DNA from: an uncultured bacterium
Lineage (GTDB): Bacteria > JAJVIF01 > JAPKYR01
Assembly: GCA_965369865.1 (NCBI GenBank)
Contig: CBDURU010000019.1
Coordinates: 1 to 42,349 of the forward strand
Direction: 5' to 3'
DNA: 42,349 bases
The notes beneath the pieces were generated by a model. The model had not been told where the DNA came from, did not search any database, and saw nothing but the letters and a program-made list of their open reading frames with translations. Shown one piece after another: positions 9,314 through 18,157 of the stretch (position 1 is its first letter; each line of letters opens with the position of its first letter). The position numbers and the translations under genes were made by a program.

Positions 9314-10918
9314 TTACCAATCAAACCGGGCAAATTTTTTCCCGCCACCCGGGAAGCTGGTTGGGCTCCCCTGCCAATAATAGATGTGATCAGAGGTAAA
9401 GCCCAATCTATTGCCATTGTAGTAGCCTATAGGAAATGGAATTGCCGGCAATGTCTCCCATGAATCGTTGCTTATTGAGTAGCGATAGAATTCATAACCG
9501 GGTTTTTCGTCTACAGCACCGCCGCCTAAGGCATATACATAATCTATTTGAGAGATGTTCCAATCTCCAATCCAGATGAGCGAAGCGCCATCGCCAACAC
9601 CATCTTCTTCTGGAATAGGTGTGAGCGTAGTCCAGCTATTATTGACAATATCATAGCTCCAGAAATCTTGTAGAGGTATACTTTCATAATACTCGCCTCT
9701 AAGCGCATACAGAGTTATACCGCCAGTCCAGGTGATCGAAGCACCATCATCGCAACCAGCCGGGGGGGATGCTATTACATCCCAGGTATTTGATAAGGCA
9801 TCATAGCGAGCGAAAGCGGTACCGTGCGAACTGCTGCCAAGAATAGCGTAAAGCTTGTCATCGTAGCCCGACCAATCAGCGGCATCGCCGGCTCCCTGCG
9901 GAGCCGGGGCATCTGCTGCCTGAGTCCAGTAATCTCCGGAGATGGAGTAGCGGTAGAACAGACGCCTGTCAGCATCACTATACCTTGCGCCGCCTAATGC
10001 AAAGAGATTGTCAGCGTTATCCCAGGTCAGTGTGGCACCGTTGCGGAAGGCACCTGCCGGAAGCCCGTCTATGCTTAAAGAAATCCAGGAATTCGTATTT
10101 GGATTATAACTCCAGAATTGTGGCAGTGAGCTGGTATAGAGAGTCCTGATAACATAGATGTTGGATTCTGAACTGGCTACAGACTCACCGTAGGCTCCAG
10201 CCTTAGGCGTAGAGGCTTTTTGAACCCATTGACCAGTCGGTTCTCCAGCGGGTTGTGATACCAAAAGCCTGACCTCGTCGAACCAGGCAAAAGCCTGGGC
10301 TTGGTTATTATTGCCCGTTACGTAGCGGTAGTTCAGTCTGATTTTATATGTACCTGTTTGGTCGAAATAGGTAGATACATCTTTTTCTGTAACGGTAAGC
10401 CATACATTATTCGATGGAGATGCTCCTATATGCTCATCAATATTAACAATTGTCCCATTGGGCTTAACTATGCTGATATAAATACCTTGCTTCAACGGTG
10501 CAATTATATTGTAACTCGTTTTCTGGGAATAGGATAAATTGACTGAAGAGCCGCCTTGAATCTCGAAGGCAATAATCTGTTCCCAATAACCTATGCCCCG
10601 TTTTCTTCGGCCGATTTCACTACTTATTTTGGCGGAACCCCCGTTGGTATAACCAGAAGGATCCCAGGAACCGCTGGGATTTCCTTTTTTGCCTTCTTTG
10701 GCGAAGGTCCAGCCGCTTGTATCATTAACAAAACTGCCATTTGTTATCACATCGCTGACATCAGCCGCTGCAAATCGAGCGTCATTGGTAGAACCATATG
10801 GATCAAGGAACTCAATTGCTGCCACCGGGCCTCCCGTCATACCGGCACACGTACAGAGTCCAATGCAGGCAAACAAGATTACCCCCAGGAGCGGAATTGT
10901 CATAACGACTTTGCGCAT
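9314..10918 (-). CDS. Secreted Kelch-repeat (beta-propeller) protein with an N-terminal carbohydrate-binding-like domain
   Basis: Signal peptide MRKVVMTIPLL, then ITNGSF...GW jelly-roll start, then repeated LFALGG/LYALRG/VYALGG...Y..W Kelch units. The start may instead be 10951. Confidence 0.75.
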   Translation of the reverse strand: MRKVVMTIPLLGVILFACIGLCTCAGMTGGPVAAIEFLDPYGSTNDARFAAADVSDVITNGSFVNDTSGWTFAKEGKKGNPSGSWDPSGYTNGGSAKISSEIGRRKRGIGYWEQIIAFEIQGGSSVNLSYSQKTSYNIIAPLKQGIYISIVKPNGTIVNIDEHIGASPSNNVWLTVTEKDVSTYFDQTGTYKIRLNYRYVTGNNNQAQAFAWFDEVRLLVSQPAGEPTGQWVQKASTPKAGAYGESVASSESNIYVIRTLYTSSLPQFWSYNPNTNSWISLSIDGLPAGAFRNGATLTWDNADNLFALGGARYSDADRRLFYRYSISGDYWTQAADAPAPQGAGDAADWSGYDDKLYAILGSSSHGTAFARYDALSNTWDVIASPPAGCDDGASITWTGGITLYALRGEYYESIPLQDFWSYDIVNNSWTTLTPIPEEDGVGDGASLIWIGDWNISQIDYVYALGGGAVDEKPGYEFYRYSISNDSWETLPAIPFPIGYYNGNRLGFTSDHIYYWQGSPTSFPGGGKKFARFDW

Positions 10919-11164
10919 TTTGTGACCTCCAGCGAGGATTAAACTCCCCATATCGCTTTAACGATTTGAGATATATCCTACCATAGGATTAATCATTGTC
11001 AATGGAAGAGCTCCCTTTTGAAATTACGGCTGGTGCAGTGTTTCTTGTTAAGAACCTTCCATTCGGATGCTGGTAAGTTCCTGTTTCTTCCGAGATCGGA
11101 ATTTGACAGCGGCACCTTAAATGTACCACTGTGAAAATTTTCAAGCAAAAGGATTTTGTGGTAA

Positions 11165-11269
11165 TCTGTGCAGGTTGCGTCGAGGCCCGAGAACGAAGGC
11201 AAGATGATCGTTACGATAATTCCGGATACCGGGGAGAGGTACCTGTCAACCTGGCTGTATGAGCAGTAG
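11165..11269 (+). pseudogene. cysK: 3' remnant of cysteine synthase A (last ~32 codons)
   Basis: 11171-11269 translates as [32 protein letters not shown], the conserved CysK C-terminus ([10 protein letters not shown]). In-frame TAA at 11162-11164 and no N-terminal part. Confidence 0.88.
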
Positions 11270-11292
11270 GGGAATCGTATAAAACAAACCAT

Positions 11293-11318
11293 GAGCCGAG
11301 TGGGGCTCCTTTTTTTTT
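11293..11318 (+). terminator. Intrinsic terminator downstream of the cysK remnant
   Basis: GAGCC-gagtgg-GGCTC stem followed by 9 T. Confidence 0.65.
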
Positions 11319-11340
11319 ACTAAAATAGAAGACGTCTCTG

Positions 11341-11362
11341 ATTTTCAACTTCAGTTGAAAAT
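11341..11362. promoter_or_regulatory. Perfect 10-bp inverted repeat, candidate operator
   Basis: ATTTTCAACT-tc-AGTTGAAAAT just upstream of the tetR promoter. Confidence 0.45.
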
Positions 11363-11384
11363 TTTACTATTTTCTGATATTCCC

Positions 11385-11427
11385 TTGACGGGTAAATCTG
11401 AATGTGTTATAAAAGTGAATGTATTCA
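11385..11427 (+). promoter_or_regulatory. Sigma70-type promoter of the tetR operon with an overlapping operator-like palindrome
   Basis: TTGACG-N17-TATAAA with extended -10 TG. Palindrome TGAAT-gt-ATTCA at 11416-11427 covers the expected +1. Confidence 0.7.
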
Positions 11428-11479
11428 TATTTGAGGTGGATATAAAATTAAAGGCTAACTAAGTTTGGAGACGATTCAG

Positions 11480-12103
11480 ATGGCTGGACTCAGAGAGAAA
11501 AAGAAGTTAAGGACGCAGGCCGAAATAATCGATGCGGCTATCAAGCTGTTCATGGAGAAAGGCTTTGAGGGTGCGACTATTGAGGAAATCGCGGAGAAAG
11601 CCGAGGTTGGGGTGGGTACGGTTTACAACTATTTTTCATCCAAGCGGGGATTACTTCTGGCATTAATGGCCCGCAAAACCGAACATATGATTGAGCTGGG
11701 TTCGGAAATTGTGGAGAATCCGGAGGGACCACCTGAAGAAGTAATATGTACTCTTTTGTGGACCTATACAGAAAACATGATCAAGGCATTCGACAAAAAG
11801 CTGATCCGTGAATTAGTGGTCGCTGCATTTTCGGAACCTGATTCAATGGGAAAGGAATTATTCAAGTTCGATTACATGCTGATGGAACAGGTTGGAAGTC
11901 TGGTCAGGAAGTATCAGGACCTTGAGATCCTCCGTAGGAATCTGCCTGTAGATAAAGTCTCCCTGATTGTTTACAGCGTCTGGGGAACGATAATGATAAT
12001 TTATATTGAGGGATTTATAGAGAGTGGCAAACTGAAAGAGGAAATTTATTCGAGTATCAACCTGGTATTCCAACCATGGAAAGTTGAGGAGCAGGAACTA
12101 TGA
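11480..12103 (+). CDS. TetR/AcrR family transcriptional regulator
   Basis: GLREKKK...IIDAAIKLFMEKGFEGATIEEIAEKAEVGVGTVYNYFSSK helix-turn-helix. ATG 11480 after GGAG. Confidence 0.95.
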   Translation: MAGLREKKKLRTQAEIIDAAIKLFMEKGFEGATIEEIAEKAEVGVGTVYNYFSSKRGLLLALMARKTEHMIELGSEIVENPEGPPEEVICTLLWTYTENMIKAFDKKLIRELVVAAFSEPDSMGKELFKFDYMLMEQVGSLVRKYQDLEILRRNLPVDKVSLIVYSVWGTIMIIYIEGFIESGKLKEEIYSSINLVFQPWKVEEQEL

Positions 12104-12903
12104 AACTGAATATACTTTATCTGGTCACATTAATAACCATCATTTTTTTCGGGATGGTCTCGTACGCACAGGATGCCGATGAACCAGTCGGTACGGAAGG
12201 CATGGGCGAGGGGTTAACCGCGAAGGAAATGGTCAACTATTACATGGATATCAATCACGGGCTTTCATCGCATGGAATTATGGAGATGCAGGTAGTCACA
12301 CCTCACTGGGACCGTACGATCGAGATGGAATGGTGGGAGAAGGGCGAGGACAGGTTTCTTATCATGGTGCTGAGTCCGGCGAGGGACCTGGGAAACGGGA
12401 CGTTGAAGATCGATCAAAACCTGTGGAACTATATTTATGCATTCGATGAGACGGTGCATATTCCACCCGCGATGATGATGCAGTCATGGATGGGGAGCGA
12501 TTTCACGAATGATGATGTCGTGCGGGAGTCGAGCATTGTCAATGATTATGAGCATGAGCTGGAAGGGATAGAGGAGATTGAAGGAGAGCGTTGTTATTCG
12601 ATATATTTTTCAACCGATCCGTCCACGCCGGTTCCGTGGCTGACGATGCGGATGTGGCTGAGGGTGGAGGACCTTCTTCCGGTGCGGCAGGAATATTACG
12701 ATGATGATGGTGAGCTGGCACGGTACATGGTTTTTTCGGATTTTGAATTCATGCATGACCGGGTGATACCGTTAACGATGCGGATGATTCCGCTGGATGA
12801 AGAGGAGCATTATACGGAGATGAGATACACGGAAGCCCAGTTCGATATTGAGATACCGGACGGTACTTTCACATTACAAACTCTTGAGAATCCGGATGTG
12901 TAA
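12100..12903 (+). CDS. Outer-membrane lipoprotein-sorting (LolA-like) protein
   Basis: Signal peptide, SPARDLGNGTLK...LWNY...SMMQSWMGSDFTNDD-like motif (PPAMMMQSWMGSDFTNDD), C-terminal IPDGTFTLQTL. Confidence 0.85.
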   Translation: MKLNILYLVTLITIIFFGMVSYAQDADEPVGTEGMGEGLTAKEMVNYYMDINHGLSSHGIMEMQVVTPHWDRTIEMEWWEKGEDRFLIMVLSPARDLGNGTLKIDQNLWNYIYAFDETVHIPPAMMMQSWMGSDFTNDDVVRESSIVNDYEHELEGIEEIEGERCYSIYFSTDPSTPVPWLTMRMWLRVEDLLPVRQEYYDDDGELARYMVFSDFEFMHDRVIPLTMRMIPLDEEEHYTEMRYTEAQFDIEIPDGTFTLQTLENPDV

Positions 12904-12908
12904 GACTG

Positions 12909-14195
12909 ATGAACACTTTAATATTTCGAATAGCATGGAGAAACATCTGGCGGAACACCCGTCGGACGGTAATCACACTTGTCACGATGGTAGTCACTGT
13001 GGGATTGATGGTCTGGATGATTACATTCGGTGACGGTGTTCATGAGCAGATGATCAGAAGCGCGCTGAATCTTGGGCTGGGGTCCCTTCAGATTCATGCG
13101 GAGGATTACCAGGATGACAGGGCGGTCGAGAAAGTTATATTCGATCCGGAGCCGGTTCTTGAGATCGTGCGCGAAACTCCGGGAGTGGAGGGAGTAAGTG
13201 TACGGCTGAACGCGTTTGGACTTATCAGCCACGGGAACGCATCGCAGGGGTCGATGATAGTCGGGGTGGACCCGGTCGGTGAGACGACGATCTCCATCAT
13301 GGATGAAAAGATCAAAGAGGGAGAGTGGTTGCCGGAGACAATCGAGAATGAAAGGGAACTTCCGATCGTAATAGGTTCGGGAATGGCAAGGAAGCTGGGT
13401 GTGGAACTCGGTGACCGTCTCTTCCTTACAATCCAGGGATTCACCGGGGATATCGGCTATGTTGTTTATTTCGTGCATGGAATTTTCAAAACCGGCATGG
13501 GCGAACTTGACAAGGCGGTGGCGTATGTTCCGATTAATACGCTTCGTGAGGTCATGGCGGTTGATGTTCCCATGTTTCAGAACGCGGTGCATGAGGTCAC
13601 GGTGCTCCTGGAACCCCGGGAAGACCTTGCATTAGCGGTAAATTCGATAAAGGAAAGAGTTGAAGCTGGGGAAATCGCGGCAGGGAATTCCCGTGAACTG
13701 GATGTGCTGAGCTGGGAGGAAATCCAGCCCGGATTGAGAACTTTCATCGATCTGGATGAAGTTGGGATTTACATAATGATGGGCCTGCTTTTTATTGTGG
13801 TCGCAGCAGGAATCATGAACACATTCCTGATGGCGGTATTCGAGCGCATCCGGGAATTCGGGATATTGATGAGTCTTGGCACGCCCCCATCTGCGATATT
13901 CAAACTGGTGATGGTGGAATCTTTTCTTGTGGGAATAATCGGAGCGTTTGCGGGTCTGGCGCTGGGATTAATCGGATACTGGGTCAATTGTTATTACCCG
14001 ATCAGCTATGAGTCATACGGTGAGATGAGCGAAGTAATGGTTATGGACTTGTCGATTAAATTCTATCCGACACTTATCTGGGCAAACGTGATGAGGGCTG
14101 TCGGCGGGATAATCATTGTCACACTCCTCGCCGCGCTCTGGCCCGCGATAAAAGCATCTCTGTTAAAACCGGTGGAGGCTTTGCGGCATGTGTAA
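12909..14195 (+). CDS. ABC transporter permease (LolC/E, MacB/FtsX type)
   Basis: IAWRNIWRNTRRT, GIMNTFLMAVFERIREFGILMSLG, PAIKASLLKPVEALR. Confidence 0.93.
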   Translation: MNTLIFRIAWRNIWRNTRRTVITLVTMVVTVGLMVWMITFGDGVHEQMIRSALNLGLGSLQIHAEDYQDDRAVEKVIFDPEPVLEIVRETPGVEGVSVRLNAFGLISHGNASQGSMIVGVDPVGETTISIMDEKIKEGEWLPETIENERELPIVIGSGMARKLGVELGDRLFLTIQGFTGDIGYVVYFVHGIFKTGMGELDKAVAYVPINTLREVMAVDVPMFQNAVHEVTVLLEPREDLALAVNSIKERVEAGEIAAGNSRELDVLSWEEIQPGLRTFIDLDEVGIYIMMGLLFIVVAAGIMNTFLMAVFERIREFGILMSLGTPPSAIFKLVMVESFLVGIIGAFAGLALGLIGYWVNCYYPISYESYGEMSEVMVMDLSIKFYPTLIWANVMRAVGGIIIVTLLAALWPAIKASLLKPVEALRHV

Positions 14196-14225
14196 CATGC
14201 ACATTCTATGTAACAAGCACATTCC
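14191..14225 (+). repeat. Two tandem copies (18-bp period) of TGTAACAWGCACATTCY, REP-like
   Basis: tgtaacatgcacattct (14191) and tgtaacaagcacattcc (14209). The same motif recurs at 14947. Confidence 0.6.
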
Positions 14226-14252
14226 TATGCATGAACTCAGGCAGGTGCAACA

Positions 14253-14951
14253 ATGACACTAGTAGAACTGCAGCAAGTCTGGAAAACATACAAAACGGGG
14301 AAGATCGAATACGATGCTCTCAGGGGAGTTGATTTCACGCTCCAAGAGGGTGAATTCACCGCGGTCGTAGGGCCGTCCGGAAGCGGCAAGACGACGATGC
14401 TGAACATAATCGGCGGGCTGGATCGCGCGACTAAGGGAGCTGTGCTGTTTGAGGGTGAGGATGTCACAAAGTGGTCGGCGACAAGGCTTTCTGTGATGCG
14501 GCTTGAAAAGATCGGGTTCATTTTCCAGTCATATAACCTGGTTCCGGTCCTGAGCGCGCGGGAGAATATCGAACTTTCGCTGATATTGAGACATTGGCAT
14601 GCTGATGAGGCGAGAAAGCGCGCGGATGAACTTCTGGAGGCGGTTGAGATCGCGGATATGGCGGAAAAACGTCCGGATGAGATGTCGGGCGGGGAGCAGC
14701 AGCGGATAGCGGTAGCACGCGCGATCGCGGACCGTCCCGCGCTTATACTTGCCGACGAACCCACCGCGAACCTGGATACAAAAACCGGAAACGCGTTGCT
14801 TACAATTATGGAAAAATTGAACCGCGATGAGGGTGTGACTTTTTTGTTCTCAACGCATGATCCGAGGGTTGTTGAGCGGGCGAGGAGGATCGCGACACTT
14901 GAGGATGGGGTTGTAGTGAGGGATGAGGTGGTGGCACATGACAAACTGTAA
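14253..14951 (+). CDS. ABC transporter ATP-binding protein (LolD/MacB type)
   Basis: Walker A GPSGSGKT, signature MSGGEQQR, Walker B ILADEPTANLD, H-loop STHD. Confidence 0.96.
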   Translation: MTLVELQQVWKTYKTGKIEYDALRGVDFTLQEGEFTAVVGPSGSGKTTMLNIIGGLDRATKGAVLFEGEDVTKWSATRLSVMRLEKIGFIFQSYNLVPVLSARENIELSLILRHWHADEARKRADELLEAVEIADMAEKRPDEMSGGEQQRIAVARAIADRPALILADEPTANLDTKTGNALLTIMEKLNRDEGVTFLFSTHDPRVVERARRIATLEDGVVVRDEVVAHDKL

Positions 14952-15000
14952 CATGCGCATTCTGCGCATGATATTCAGTCGCACATGCATCCTGCATGTG
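14947..15000 (+). repeat. REP-like double hairpin
   Basis: TGTAA + CATGCGCA-ttc-TGCGCATG (14952-14970) and CACATGCA-tcc-TGCATGTG (14982-15000). Confidence 0.65.
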
Positions 15001-15009
15001 TCTTAAAAA

Positions 15010-16146
15010 ATGAAAATCCTCCTGAAAATAATCATCATCCTCACCCTCCTGATACCTTCCCCGGCGCACGCCGACTGGAGAGATCCCCTCCACGACAACC
15101 TCCGCATAAACGGACGCTACTTCCTCGCGGGCGGTTACACGTTCGACCGTTTCATTCTCAAGGAAGACACGTTCGCCGAAATCAACCTCCGCCTTAACGG
15201 TCGTTACATACTGAATCCAAACTGGAAACTCGAATTCGCGTACCAGCTTGATGGCACCTACTACCCTCACATCGCAGCCTTATCAGGTTCCAGCTCAGAA
15301 GGACTGCTGGATCTGCAATGGCCAATTGACTCAAAAACCAACTGGACCGCATCGCACGGACTCGACCGCCTGAATTTCAAATACCGTAATGATAATTTCA
15401 CACTTGATTTCGGGCGGCAGCGAATCGCCTGGGGAACGACAATGGTCATGAGTTTTATGGACATGTTCCATCCGATCCGTCCCGGTGATCCTTTCGTACC
15501 AGAACAACAGGGCACCGATGCCATTCGCCTGCAGATCGCCGATGGTATGGTATCCGGTTACGACCTTCTTTATTCATGGCTCGATAACGACGGAACCGAA
15601 GGGTTCGCCGCACGGTATCATTTTGTAAAGGGTGATTTTGAATCGGGAATATCAGTCGGGCAGATCGATGGCGATAATTTCGCGGCATTTGAGACAAGCG
15701 GGGATATAAATGACATCGGCATACGAATCGAAGCACAGTGGATCGATGTCGAGGAGAATGAGCCGTTCAGAATAATTTTCGAGACAGATTACGCTCCGAA
15801 TGGCCGGACATATTTATCGGGAGATATTTTCTATAACGGTCCGGGTGGCACTGAGCCTGTAACATATTTATTGAAAATGCTGACCGGCGGAGAGATTACC
15901 GGGTACCCGGCGCGATGGTACGCGGGGACATCGTGCACATACAATTCCGGTGGTTTAACAACGTTTGGGGTGCTTGGGATTTTCAATCTGACCGATGATT
16001 CATGGTTCGCGGATTTCTCAATCAGCCATTCGATATCGAATTCATCGGATTTGAGGATAGGCTACCAGCATTATGAAGGCGGACTGGTGAGCGAGTACGG
16101 CAATTATCCGGATATGATATATATAATCAGCACGAGTTATTTTTGA
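15010..16146 (+). CDS. Probable outer-membrane beta-barrel protein
   Basis: Signal peptide ending AHA, LDRL...DFGRQRIAWG...G.DA motif typical of barrels in LolA-like/ABC operons, terminal aromatic YF. Confidence 0.7.
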   Translation: MKILLKIIIILTLLIPSPAHADWRDPLHDNLRINGRYFLAGGYTFDRFILKEDTFAEINLRLNGRYILNPNWKLEFAYQLDGTYYPHIAALSGSSSEGLLDLQWPIDSKTNWTASHGLDRLNFKYRNDNFTLDFGRQRIAWGTTMVMSFMDMFHPIRPGDPFVPEQQGTDAIRLQIADGMVSGYDLLYSWLDNDGTEGFAARYHFVKGDFESGISVGQIDGDNFAAFETSGDINDIGIRIEAQWIDVEENEPFRIIFETDYAPNGRTYLSGDIFYNGPGGTEPVTYLLKMLTGGEITGYPARWYAGTSCTYNSGGLTTFGVLGIFNLTDDSWFADFSISHSISNSSDLRIGYQHYEGGLVSEYGNYPDMIYIISTSYF

Positions 16147-16212
16147 ATTCGTCGGCAAGCACGTTCGACGCCATACGGATTTATGTTTTAACATTGAAAT
16201 CACCATAGATAT

Positions 16213-16304
16213 GACACCGAAAATCGATAACATGGAATCGACACCGTAAAATCGACAACATGGAATCGACACCGTAAAATCGACAACATGGAATCGACAC
16301 CGTA
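16213..16304. repeat. Tandem repeat, 28-bp unit (two alternating 14-mers), about 3 copies
   Basis: CATGGAATCGACACCGTAAAATCGACAA exact at 16231 and 16259, partial at 16287, degenerate upstream. Confidence 0.9.
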
Positions 16305-16370
16305 GAACAGCACGGCAGTGCGTCATTTGTTTATCAACACAGAAGGACGCACTGCCGTGCCGTTCTACGG
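16300..16370. repeat. REPIN-like long inverted repeat (GTAG-type REP doublet)
   Basis: 25-bp arms ccGTAGaacagcacggcagtgcgtc / gacgcactgccgtgccgttCTACgg, 1 mismatch, 21-nt spacer. Confidence 0.75.
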
Positions 16371-16451
16371 GGATCGTGGGATTGCCATCCGCAATACCAC
16401 AGGCCAGGATATTTTACAGACCTGTGATAAAATTACCCCAATTAATAAACA

Positions 16452-17090
16452 ATGAAAATCCTTCCTTACAATTTTGAAGATGATCTAATCAGGCAGGTTT
16501 TAAAAGACCGCGAAGCCTGCATGCGCGTTTACAGCCCTGAGGAAACCACAGTCGTTCTGGGTTACGGCAGCAAACCGGATGTCGAACTCAATATCGAAGC
16601 TATTGAAAAGGATCGTATAAAAACTTACCGGCGTAGAGGCGGTGGATGCGCGGTTGTCCTGGATCCCGGAAATGTAATTGTGACCGTGGTGCTTCCATCA
16701 TCGGGGTTTGGGAAAATTAACGAATATTTCGAAACGATCTCAAACTGGTTGATTGACGGACTGAAAAAATCCAAAGTTGATGGTATTTACAGGGAAGGTA
16801 TCTGCGACCTCGTGATTGATGATCGAAAGATCGGCGGCGCATGTATGCAGAGAAAACGGGATTACGTTTATTATTCAGCATCGCTTCCTGTAAATCCGGA
16901 TATCAGATTGATGGAAGAATATTTAATGCACCCGCCAAGGGAGCCTGGTTACAGAAAACATCGAACGCACAGGGATTTTGTCGGGACGTTAGAAGAAATC
17001 GCGGGAGTTAAAAATATTAAAATTTTCTCCGGTAAACTTGAGAATAACCTTGTTTTGGAATTTTTATCCGAGGCAACTTCCCGGTTGTGA
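16452..17090 (+). CDS. Lipoate-protein ligase A (BPL/LPL) family protein, catalytic domain only
   Basis: VVLG, RRRGGGCAVVLDPG, DLVIDDRKIGGA, PPREPGYR..R.H.DFV. Confidence 0.85.
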   Translation: MKILPYNFEDDLIRQVLKDREACMRVYSPEETTVVLGYGSKPDVELNIEAIEKDRIKTYRRRGGGCAVVLDPGNVIVTVVLPSSGFGKINEYFETISNWLIDGLKKSKVDGIYREGICDLVIDDRKIGGACMQRKRDYVYYSASLPVNPDIRLMEEYLMHPPREPGYRKHRTHRDFVGTLEEIAGVKNIKIFSGKLENNLVLEFLSEATSRL

Positions 17091-17139
17091 GGTTCGCGGG
17101 GAATCAGGAACACTCAAGCAGTCCGCCCAGTTGACATTT

Positions 17140-18021
17140 CTATTTTTTAAAACCATTCCTGTAATAGCTGAAACCATTCTCAGGCTCCGGATGTTTGGCA
17201 ACAAAAAGACTAAACCCGTAAGAAGTAACAAGCTCGAGTGTCAGATCGCGGAAACTCTCTGGCAATTCATCTTTGAAGTCTTCCAGGCGTTGAGATGGGG
17301 ATTTTGCTTCACCATGATTTTTCTCCACAATGAGTAAGGCCCGTCCCGATGGCCTTAAAAGGCCTGGAATGGAATCAAGTGACTCGGGATAATCGGCGAT
17401 CCGTTCGGTTGGTATTTGAATTACAATGCCATCCATGCTCCCGGGTCGGAGGATGGCAAGATCGAGCGGACCCCCGAGAAAATGGACCATGGCCTGACCA
17501 TTCGCGCAGGATTTGGCACGTCCTGCTGCCAGTAATTCGTTCGATAATTCCACCTGAAGTCTTTCTACACCCGTCGATCCCCATGAGTCGTTAAGGGAAT
17601 CGGGCAGGGAAGTAAGCGAGAATACAATTTCACCTGGTTTTAAAGAGAGCGTCTTTTCAAGGCTGGAGCTTACCTTCCTATTAAACTCCGGCTCACCGGC
17701 TACTTCAGTTGATCCGGGCTTTACGGAAGTCTGAATCACCCCATCCTCGATTTTTAAAAACCACCCGCATTCCGGACACGTAAGAATTGCACTGTCAATT
17801 TCAGTACCCATGCATCGCCGGCAGTCAAAACGGTGACTGGGTGGGAGTGACTCAGGGATGTCGGTGAACCAGTTGGACAGGTAACCGCATCCGAAACGGC
17901 AGATCGGTATGCTGTATTCCCCGGAGCAGGGGAACACATCGCTTATATGCGCCCTGACCACCCTCAGCATCAATTCTGGGTGAGATGGACATTTCAATAA
18001 TTCAACAAGACGGTATTTCAT
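17140..18021 (-). CDS. Trm112-like zinc-binding domain fused to a degenerate methyltransferase-like domain
   Basis: MKYRLVELLKCP...CRFGC...CRRC..EIDSAILTCPECGWFLKIEDGV. C-terminal LRPGSMDG and LLRPSGR resemble class I MTase motifs. Confidence 0.6.
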   Translation of the reverse strand: MKYRLVELLKCPSHPELMLRVVRAHISDVFPCSGEYSIPICRFGCGYLSNWFTDIPESLPPSHRFDCRRCMGTEIDSAILTCPECGWFLKIEDGVIQTSVKPGSTEVAGEPEFNRKVSSSLEKTLSLKPGEIVFSLTSLPDSLNDSWGSTGVERLQVELSNELLAAGRAKSCANGQAMVHFLGGPLDLAILRPGSMDGIVIQIPTERIADYPESLDSIPGLLRPSGRALLIVEKNHGEAKSPSQRLEDFKDELPESFRDLTLELVTSYGFSLFVAKHPEPENGFSYYRNGFKK

Positions 18022-18157
18022 GTTATTTCGTTGGAAATAATAGTCTGGCAGAACACATGGTAAACTGCATTTAGGGGTATTGCAATTAAATACGGACGTG
18101 ATAATATTACCGGAATCGATTTCCTGGATTTAAAAGTTGGATGTATTATTAGGGGTA

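Noticed and set aside
10999..11292. 97-aa minus-strand ORF from the ORF track
   Set aside because: It is largely the antisense shadow of the cysK remnant and has no protein-like features.
12918..14944. Long antisense ORFs (12918-13592 and 14237-14944)
   Set aside because: They are shadow frames of well-supported ABC transporter genes.
15010..15420. Switch from G-rich to C-rich coding-strand composition at the start of the barrel gene
   Set aside because: Visible by eye but unquantified. The reading frame is intact and there is no junction signature.
16213..16304. Possible CRISPR array
   Set aside because: Units are head-to-tail with no unique spacers, and there are no cas genes in the window.
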